A stretch of DNA of 64,000 nt from Lingula anatina (taxonomy: Eukaryota > Animalia > Brachiopoda). Each line of letters opens with the position of its first letter. Positions within the stretch are counted from its first letter, which is position 1. Positions 51,901 through 61,020 of the stretch are shown one piece after another. Location of the stretch: positions 558,001 through 622,000 of the forward strand of contig CM120646.1 of NCBI GenBank assembly GCA_051362555.1. The letters run 5' to 3'. The position numbers and the translations under genes are program-made. The notes under the pieces are model-generated. The model saw only the letters and a list, made by a program, of their open reading frames with translations, made no database searches and had not been told where the DNA came from.

Positions 51901-54621
51901 AAGTAACGAACAATAGAACATCAGGATGATGGTGGGGTATTCAGTATAATAGTATATTTAAAGTTTCATCACATGCTGGCTATTTAGGTAACAGCATTGC
52001 AAAGATTCTACAATTCGCACCGCTGTAGTCACTGACTAACCCGAAGCCCAATTTGGAATTAACCGCTAAATGTATGTAGTTAAACAGCGTAAGAAGTGTT
52101 TTGGTTATTTATAAAAAAGTTTTCAAAACCGTATAGGCCTATAATGCTTTTCCGGAATGTTATAAAATCGCTAATAAAACTCCATAAGATAACGTTACCA
52201 TAACGTTTTTTTTTTGTTAACTTGGACATTATTTTGGATGGAGTTAAAAAACACCCATAACGTTACCATTATGTTATCATAATATTATTTTGTACTTTGA
52301 TAAAGTCATGAAAACGTTATATGTTATCTGGAATACACGTTTACAAGGGAAAGTATTTAGCCAAATTGTTGAGCCTTAAGCCCCCGTCACACTTATTCGG
52401 AATTAGCATGAATCAAGCAGAAATAGTCAGGATGACTAAATTAAAAAATCATACTACATTCGGGAAGAAATTTCAAATGGACCTAAATTCTTGTAAGAAT
52501 ACCGTTGGAATACTCAGAATGCGCTTGAATCTGCCTGGAATGATTCGTGAACATTTGGGCTGTATTAGCTCTCAAATGCAGCTCGAATGTAGTTGGAAAA
52601 CTAGTAATATCAATAATGCTGTCAGAATGCAGTCAGAATATTTAGAATTCGAATGCCGTACGAGTGTAGTTCGATTGCTGGCTGAAATATGATCGAGATG
52701 CATTCGAGTTGCATTCTGGCTCATTCTAGCAGGATGTGAAGTGCCTTGCCATTTAGGTTCTTCCTCGAATGTGATCAGAGTATTTAGAATGCTGTCGGAA
52801 TGCCGTGAGAATATTAAGAATACAGTTATAGTACAGTTACCCTAGGTTCTAGATTCCGGTATCGCTAGCTCGATCTTGATTTCATATAAAACCCATATCA
52901 GCAATATCAGGCTCTAGCGAACAACGACAATTCGTGGGGGTTCTTCTCCAAAATTTTGCCTGGGGCGCTTCCATATTTGGAAGTCACAAGTCTAGTACAG
53001 GTATTCACAGCTGTGCCCCCCTGGAGCTCCCATATTTGGAAGTTATGTCTCGTACGACACAGCTCTATGCCGCCTGGAGCTGCCTTTCCTGCCTTGCGCT
53101 GACGTTATCTCGTGCAAACAAGACAAGAAGTAAAGTGGCTGACGCGGAGTTTAAAGTTTAAACTAAGAATATCTTGCAGTCGAAGATCAGTGCAACAACA
53201 CAAGCAACATTCTGCTTTAAAAACTGATTTTGGTCTAGCCACGCAGCCCTTATGTATAGTGGTATCGAACATACAGTGTAGCTGTCAAACTTGGCACACG
53301 GCAAGCACGTATATTGTGTTTATAATCTGCAGGAGCAAATGTTTTTTGATAAGCAAAAAATATTAAAACATTGGATATGTCTTTTTCTTTTAGAAACATT
53401 ATTTATTTTTCACAATATCTTAAAAACAGCAAATAAAATTAAATAAAGCAGAATTAAATGTTTTACTTTTCATTTTGCTCTAATGACATTCAACTGCAGA
53501 TTCACTGCGGAGCAGTTCTTTTTGATTGACGGAAATCGTACACCGTAGCTGTTCTTCAGAGCTCACTGTTGAAGCCCGATTCACAGTGACTCTGACACTC
53601 AGGGCAAGTACAGTCACAGAATAGTATTCAAATGCCATTCGATAATTTTCCATTTGGAGTGCACTTCGGGCCGGCCACAAGAATGGGTAAAACATTTGGA
53701 ATGCACTTGGAATTTTTAGAATGCTTTTTGAATATCCAGGATCGCACAAAGAATTGTCTTTCCGACGGCATTCTTGCTCATTCCGCCTCTAGTGTGACGG
53801 GGGTATTACAATCACGAAGCTAAACGGGCAACACTGCCAAACATGCCTAGCAAACACGTATAGCTTCTCAAGCCTCTTAGAAAAAATGTTAGACATGTTC
53901 GGCAGTGTTACCGTTTTAGCTATGTGTTTAGCTTCACCGGTATATGATTATAAAGTAAGTTCATCACAAGGCTAAACACATTGGCTAAGCACTTCCCCTT
54001 TCTACAATGTACCAATCAAGTAACAAAAGATTAATAAAACATGAATAAATAGACATAATGATATCCCAATAAAGAGAAATAAACACACAAACACATTTTA
54101 CCTGCTGCAGGCTTGACTTCAGAACTATCAGAGTCAGTTGTGGAACTTTGAGAGGTGACTGACTCGGGTCCTGAATTATAGGAATGTCCGCTTACTGCAG
54201 CCGAGTCAGGTCTTTCTTCTTCTTCTTCTTCTTCTTCTTCTTCTTCTTCTTCCTCTACTACTACTACTACAAAAAATAATAAATAAATAAAATAAAATAA
54301 AAATAAATAAATAAATAAATAAAATAAAAATGGCTGTTCTCCCCGTATATTCTTTGTTGCGCTGACAAACGTTCGTTTTTTCTTTTCTATCAAGCAACAA
54401 AAATAATTAGAAGCAAAACGGTTAGAAATTATAAAACAAAATAAACACAAAGAGATAAACACAAAAACGCATGTTACCTGCTGTAGGAGTGACTTCAGAA
54501 CTATCAGAGTCAGTTGTGGAACTTTGAGAGGTGACTGACTCGGGTCCTGAATTATAGGAATATCCGCTTACTGCAGCCGAGTCAGGTCTTTCTTCTTCTT
54601 CTTCTACTACTACTACAAAAA

Positions 54622-54656
<35 letters not shown>

Positions 54657-54955
54657 AATTAAAATGGCTGTTCTCCCTGTATATGCTTTGTTGCGTTAAC
54701 AAACGTTCGTTTTTTCTTTTCTATCAAGCAACAAAAATAATTAGAAGCAAAACGGTTAGAAATTATAAAACAAAATAAACACAAAGAGATAAACACAAAA
54801 ACGCATGTTACCTGCTGTAGGAGTGACTTCAGAACTATCAGAGTCAGTTGTGGAACTTTGAGAGGTGACTGACTCGGGTCCTGAATTATAGGAATATCCG
54901 CTTACTGCAGCCGAGTCAGGTCTTTCTTCTTCTTCTACTACTACTACTACAAAAA

Positions 54956-54994
<39 letters not shown>

Positions 54995-55297
54995 GTAAAA
55001 TAAAAATGGCTGTTCTCCCTGTACATGCTTTGTTGCGTTAACAAACGTTCGTTTTTTCTTTTCTATCAAGCAACAAAAATAATTAGAAGCAAAACGGTTA
55101 GAAATTATAAAACAAAATAAACACAAAGAGATAAACACAAAAACGCATGTTACCTGCTGTAGGAGTGACTTCGGAACTATCAGAGTCAGTTGTGGAACTT
55201 TGAGAGGTGACTGACTCGGGTCCTGAATTATAGGAATATCCGCTTACTGCAGCCGAGTCAGGTCTTTCTTCTTCTTCTTCTACTACTACTACAAAAA

Positions 55298-55336
<39 letters not shown>

Positions 55337-58300
55337 AATAAAAATGGCTGTTCTCCCTGTATATGCTTTGTTGCGTTAACAAACGTTCGTTTTTTCTTTT
55401 CTATCAAGCAACAAAAATAATTAGAAGCAAAACGGTTAGAAATTATAAAACAAAATAAACACAAAGAGATAAACACAAAAACGCATGTTACCTGCTGTAG
55501 GAGTGACTTCAGAACTATCAGAGTCAGTTGTGGAACTTTGAGAGGTGACTGACTCGGGTCCTGAATTATAGGGTGTTTCTTCCATGTAAAAATAACGAAA
55601 CATTTGTTAATTTTTTTAACGTACAGTATACTATCCACATAGGACATTGTTCGAAAGTCATACCCTGCAAAGCTACTTGTCCTTCCCAATTTAAACGTTA
55701 AAATCGATAAATGCGCTGAGATAAAAGTACCCCATGTCGATATTAGCACCTAAAATGTTACAGGGAATGTTAAGAACTATCTTGTTATCAAATTGGTAAT
55801 TGTATCAAATGCAAATAGGATTCGAGAGTAGAAAAAATACATTTTCATGGAAAATAATATTTGGCGGAAAACCCCATACATGATAACTTTAACGTTTATA
55901 GGCCTATTTTTATAATCTGTGTATCCCATTCATGCAAAACTGTGGTAAAAATCATAATAAATTATATCGAAAAGAAATATAAATGGTTCATGGTATATTA
56001 TAAATAAAATCAACCGGTTATCGTTAAGAAATGTGTATGTAACACACCTGATGTTGTTCCTTCCATCGTGCCAGCAGGGCTGATGCTCTAAAACAAAATT
56101 GAGAAATAAGTACTAAAACAACTTGATTATGATGCTTGCAGTGCTTGAATAACATCTATTAGCACATATACGCTAAAGGTTAGTTCGGTATCTCAAAACA
56201 TAGGTCGTATATTTTACCAATTAAATTATCATACATGCCGTTGAACTTTTTCCTACATTTTTCACTATGTATGCCCAAAGGGGTACGATGTGTTAAAAGT
56301 TGGGGAAGGGGAGAGTAAGAGAACATGTCTTTGTCCCTTAATTGAAAATACATTGAAACGTGCTACATGTTTATATGTAATAAATAATAACGCAACTAGA
56401 AGAGTTTCTTTTAAAGAAAATATGTCAGTTGCAGTTAACTTACATGTTTTTCCGTTTGGTAAAGCTGGTCCAAATTTATAAACATAGGAGTTGGAGGACT
56501 CTTTCCAATTTTTTTTTCATAGTGATCCTTCAGAAAGCTTATCTCGTTCTGTATAGGGGTAACTGCAAAACACCCATCAAATAGTTCCGCAGAGACAATT
56601 CCGATAATACAAAACGGATCTTCTTGCAGCAACACTAAAGCTCCACTATCTCCTTGAACTGCAAACTTTTCTGAAGATCCTTGTATCAAAATGACCTTTT
56701 CACAATTCTGGCCACAATCAGCTTCAACATATATTTTGTTGACGGTACCAATGTTTTTTTTACTCATCCCACTACATTTGAAAACTGGTTTGCCAATAAG
56801 CTTCTCCAAATTATCCATGTATGGGCGTAACGTTACCTTTGAATTGTCGACTCTTTTCATCGCGTTTTCGATGTTAGAGACGAGCTGAGGTTGTGGCGAG
56901 ATTACAGCCATATCTGTGCATGAGATAAGTAGCTTAGGATCTCGGGATAAGAAAATGCATTTTCCCACTAAGAAGTCGCCGTTATGGACACTCCTCACTT
57001 CGTCATCCAATTCATCGAATGCATGGGATACTGTTAAAAACCACACAACATACTCATCGTCTTCAAATATCACAGACATACCTAACGTACATGTAGATGT
57101 GTTTGTTTGTTCGTGTGAAGATTTACATGTACCAGTAGGTTTGTTTTTTTTTAACACCCTTATTCTACGGTCATACCAATACATATCACTCAAAAAATGG
57201 AGGTGTTTTCTCTTGCTGCACTTCTTAATGTCGAAGTTTTGGGTAATCAATCTGCCTTTCATGTATTCTGATATTTTTTCATCCAGTTTATATTCTTCAG
57301 TTTCATCTATATTAGAAGTGTCCACATATACAGTAATTCCATTTTCTCCCTTTCCGATTCCTAGGATTTCTTCATGCCTAAGATAGGAATATGTTTATCT
57401 TGTAATGGCTTCGCAATACAAAGTTTTAACAACAAATATTTTTTCAAAATATGCCTCACATTATTTCATCATTTAATAAGTCATGTAAGTACTATAGTAC
57501 AACCAATTAACGTATAAAGTAAAACGACTCTACACAGACAGACGAAATAGTTACATTTCTATATTATTTATTATTTGACAATGTTATCAAATCTAAAATG
57601 GATCTTATGGTTTATTCCAACGAAAATACGATCAGGGGAAACTGCATTAGGAGGAATTTCATTAAAACCAAGTCTAATAATGAACTAATTATAAACCAAT
57701 TTCTCAATTACTTATTTAATTCATTAAGCCTAGGTCACTACCGGACGCACAGATTTAAGGATCGTACGGCCCCTGCCAATTTTGGGTGCAGTGGAGGCCG
57801 TTGAGTTCGTAGAGGTAGAGTTTGCAATGGAAAGGCGCAAGTCTGTCTTGCGAGTCCCAGGGTCCACGTGAGAAGCAGGGACGCTAATTGCAAGGTGCGA
57901 TGTACTGATTTCTTGAGTTTGTCTTGCAACCTGCGTACGTGGCACGTACTCACCATTTATGAAGAGAATACTACGCACGGCGAAAGTAATTTCCTTTTGC
58001 TTCACACTTACCTGACACGCTTGTGTTGACGTACTGACCGCGTACGTCATTTTTGCCTCCTGTTCCCCCCTTCTTTCTTTTCCCTCCTCCCCTCTTTTCT
58101 GTTCTCTTAGCTTTTTTCCCTTGCCTTCTGGAGGCAAAATATAAGAAGATGAATTGACCAAATTTCGAAATTTTTGAAATGTTGGACACGAGGAACAACC
58201 GACGTTATTTGTCGAGACACGAGCGTGAATCGTGAGCACGCCTTCTATACTCCTGGCGTGGGGGCGACGCACTTTCGCCGTGCTTTGGACCTTGTTCATT

Positions 58301-61020
58301 AGATGAGAGGGCGTGCGTCGTATTCAACACGCAAAGGACACTTACTCCTTCATTGTTTACGACGTGCGTCTTGGACCACGCACGATTCACTTGCATACAC
58401 TGTACTTCTTGCGAACTCCTTGCGAATGGAGCAAGTTACATTTGCGGCCTCGCTGTTCGCAGATTATTCGTAGAATCTTTTGGACATGTCCAACATCCTC
58501 CGTACGTGCTTTTGGGCTGTCTGCGAACTCCAAATTTCGCAAGAGGAACTTGCGCGGCACGTGAGATTCTGCGCATAATTTGGACGCAAACAGGCCTTAA
58601 TACCCCGGTCACACCTACACGACGCAGGGTCGGCGCACGGCCGACGCGCTAAAAAAATTTGGCAATTTTGGCAATTTTGGACAGTGCGCTGTTATGCGTC
58701 TGCATTCGTCAAACGCGCCGGGCGACAGTTATGCATTCGTTTTCATTCGCTCTTGTGCGTCTGAGTTTTTGTGCATGCACAAAAAATGTGCGTTCAGCTC
58801 GACGCATGAACTTACACGTCAAAAGGTCGCTCGGCATTCGCAGAGGCCGCTGGACCAGCGTTAATCAGACGTTGCATGAACGATAGGTGTTCGTTTCAAA
58901 TTCGTTGGCTTTGGCATAGCTAGCACACAGCATGCTTCCAACGCATGTGTAGCGAACATGCAGCGACTATAAACGGGTGCTAAACGAATCTCTAACGAAC
59001 CAGAATAAACGTTGAACGACTCTATAACGCAGCCAGCGTAATTGTAGCGCGCCTCTGTCGTGTTCCTAGCGTGTCCCAAGCATGTGTGTCCTGAGTCTAG
59101 CGTGTATCCATGGTGTATAAATAAGTGGGTCCTCTGTATCCACATCACTTCTCTACTTTTGCTGAATAACCGCAGCATAATATGGAAGATCTTGACAGGC
59201 TGCGATTAGAATACGAAACTGCAGTTCTCCAACATTCTCATAACGACATGGAACCGTTTACAAGTTCTACTTAGGACAGTGCAGCAGCAGCCCAAGGCCA
59301 TCAAAAAGATTGTAATAGCAAGCATCATCCTCCACAACCTTATGAGGATCCGGTATTCACTGCAGAGCCAGCAGCTTGACGTTTCCGAGCACCTGGGTCA
59401 AGAGCTAGTTTGCTGCTGGTGAGTAAAGAAATGTCCGAAATCTAGAGGACACCCGCATCGTCACTGGCAGCAACACGTCCAGCAAGAAAGGGAAAAAACA
59501 GAGAAATCTCATCAAACACTGGGTCACCTCTGAAGACGGACCTGTTCTATGGCAAGACAGGATGATTTAGACCACCTCTTTCTTTCCTTTGAAATTACCA
59601 TTTTTAAATGCTTAAAAGCATAGACTTAACAAGACATTTAATAATACACAGTGGTACAAAATACAGTACGCACATATGATGTTACTGTAATTGAAGTTAC
59701 AGTCAGGGATAATTTTTGCTCTCTTAGATGGTCTTAATTTAAGTGTTTTGTATTACATAGATTATCTAAAAACATTGCTCGGTTATAATTGAAAAACAAT
59801 TACATTGACAGTGTATATCATGTTAATGGTTCTCTTTATTATTTTGCTGTTTAATATCACCTTCCCAATGAATAAAACGATAAATGTGTATCCAAGAAAA
59901 TAAACCTCACTGGTTGCTTTTAACATAATCAGCATTTTTTATATAGAGAGAACGAGTCACGTGATTGCTGCTGACTGAGGAACGCTATCTGTTCTTTTAA
60001 TACGTGCTGAATGCGCGGGTCATTCGTTTCTTGCGCCAAAAACCCGTCGTACATTCATTGGATTTTTTATGCGTGCGATCTATATTCGATCTTCATGCGC
60101 CCTTTATACGCAAAATACGCCAACAAAACAATATGTATTCGCTATTAACTCGCAATTTTTCTGGCAAATTCTGTTAAAAGTTGGCTTATTTGGCTTATTT
60201 TCATGCGCAATGCGTGCGTATACCTCGTCTGTAGGTGTGACTAGGCCTTAAGAGCCCGGACGACCGGTTGTGAATGAGACTTTATCACCGAAATCTAATC
60301 ATTTCTTCTTGGTTAATTTGTAACCAGATAATGATACATAATTATTGTATAAAAAACTATACAAATAATATACAGATTATTTTATAAATAACCCAATTAA
60401 CTAATAACAACTTAATTAATGAACGGATCTTCACCAAATTCATCATGTCTTCTTTTGGCCATTTGTGGCCTATCCTTGTTTCATCAAAATCAGTCCATTT
60501 TTGAGTAATATACACAGACAAATAGCCTCCTTATCGAGGGTAATAAGAAATTACTAAGATTTAATCGAGGCATCAAGGCTGTCAAATATAAAACACAATT
60601 GGTTATTCTGTCAATTTTGATGCAAACACCAAATTTTAATTATGCACAGTCAACAGGTAACACGGATGTAAGGAATATATGAATAGTATAAAGCGAGTTC
60701 AAATGCACATCTTAACATATGCCTTGAAGAGAAAAAAAAAAACGAAAACATCACGAAAACATTGCACAGATTCTAAAAATGTAATTATAATCCAATCAAG
60801 CAACTTTTCCAATTTGAATCATTCTCATAAGTTAAAAAATAATAAGTAAACACTGTTTCCTTTTCATAGGGTTTGTGATGGCATTGCACAATATATATAT
60901 ACATATTTACAATAGGGAATGTCCGGGATAGCCTATTTTGAATATCTGCGCAGCAGATGACGTCAAACGAGACCTGGATTGGAGCGAGATTTCACGAGAG
61001 GTGGGGTTAAAATCTGCCAT
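42184..61020 (-). CDS. Spliced gene (~17 coding exons, ~903 aa): NAL1/peptidase-S64-like trypsin-fold serine protease + Ser/Thr/Glu repeat linker + duplicated exon + TIR-like C-terminal domain
   Basis: GT-AG exons on the minus strand: 61020-60911 (tentative first exon), 57377-56444, 56087-56048, 55560-55492, 55222-55154, 54880-54812, 54546-54478, 54170-54102, 49482-49225, 48661-48440, 47963-47856, 47741-47631, 47445-47362, 47201-47008, 46777-46688, 42692-42591, 42297-42184. Total 2712 nt, phases compatible, no internal stop. Protease motifs HEEILGIG..ITVYV, TCTLG, FLTVSHAF, DMAVI and FAVQGDSGALV. Confidence 0.75.
43067..44780. mobile_element. hAT5-like non-autonomous transposon, copy 3 (inverted relative to 28084-31782)
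   Basis: TIR CAGGCCTACCCAACTACCAGACTC and 5-bp TSD CTTCT at 43062-43066 and 44781-44785. Confidence 0.9.
44846..45161 (+). mobile_element. CR1-clade LINE 3' fragment
   Basis: LRKYSFTVRTTQIWNSLPDQVVRAKSLNSLKNRLDKWW (CR1 ORF2 end), a (CTAAT)3 tail, and GTCATT direct repeats on both flanks. Confidence 0.85.
48808..48925. repeat. (CA)n and (TATC)n microsatellites
   Basis: Visible CA run at ~48808-48845 and TATC run at ~48893-48923. Confidence 0.9.
49569..50217. mobile_element. MITE with GGCCACAC TIR (Zator-like, tentative)
   Basis: CACACTTTGTTATTTTTATGGAGACATCCT is inverted against AGGATGTCATCCATAAAAATAAAAAAGTGTG. It is preceded by TTA and is absent from the paralogous intron at ~48745. Confidence 0.65.
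52379..53805. mobile_element. PIF/Harbinger-type non-autonomous element with TTA TSD
   Basis: AGCCCCCGTCACACT / AGTGTGACGGGGGTA with TTA flanks. It sits inside another small inverted-repeat element (~52345-54000; GGGAAAGTATTTAGCCAA / TTGGCTAAGCACTTCCC). Confidence 0.8.
54030..55572 (-). repeat. Tandem array of ~340-bp exon+intron units (5 exon copies)
   Basis: Near-identical units, each encoding GPESVTSQSSTTDSDSSEV(T/K)P(T/A)A, separated by introns with variable (TTC)n, (CTA)n and (AAAT)n microsatellites. Confidence 0.95.
56444..57377 (-). CDS. Protease exon: trypsin-like serine protease domain with intact His-Asp-Ser triad
   Basis: A 934-nt open exon containing FLTVSHAF (His), CTDMAVI (Asp), GKPVFKCS and QGDSGALV (Ser), flanked by acceptor ttcctatcttag and donor GTAAGT. 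Confidence 0.9.
57727..60281. mobile_element. Outer PIF/Harbinger-type element (imperfect TIR, TTA TSD) hosting a second Harbinger
   Basis: Left end AGCCTAGGTCACTACCGGACG vs reverse complement of right end AGTCTCATTCACAACCGGTCG (15/21 identical), with TTA on both flanks. Confidence 0.6.
58601..60248 (+). mobile_element. Internally deleted Harbinger with HARBI1-type transposase remnant
   Basis: TIR TACCCCGGTCACACCTAC / GTAGGTGTGACTAGGCCT with TAA TSD. 59182-59570 encodes an N-terminal MEDLDRLRLEY followed out of frame by KKIVIASIILHNLMRIR...QRNLIKHWVTSEDGPVLWQDRMI*, the typical Harbinger transposase C-terminus. Confidence 0.85.

Noticed and set aside
54030-55572. Repeat-spacer array or hydrophobic membrane-protein ORFs (FYLFIYLFIY...)
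   Set aside because: The hydrophobic translations come from intronic (AAAT)n microsatellites; the units are duplicated exon+intron blocks.
57730-59178. Cluster of overlapping GC-rich ORFs (up to 189 aa) as a horizontally acquired gene
   Set aside because: They lie within Harbinger terminal regions bounded by TIRs and TSDs and have no recognisable protein motifs.
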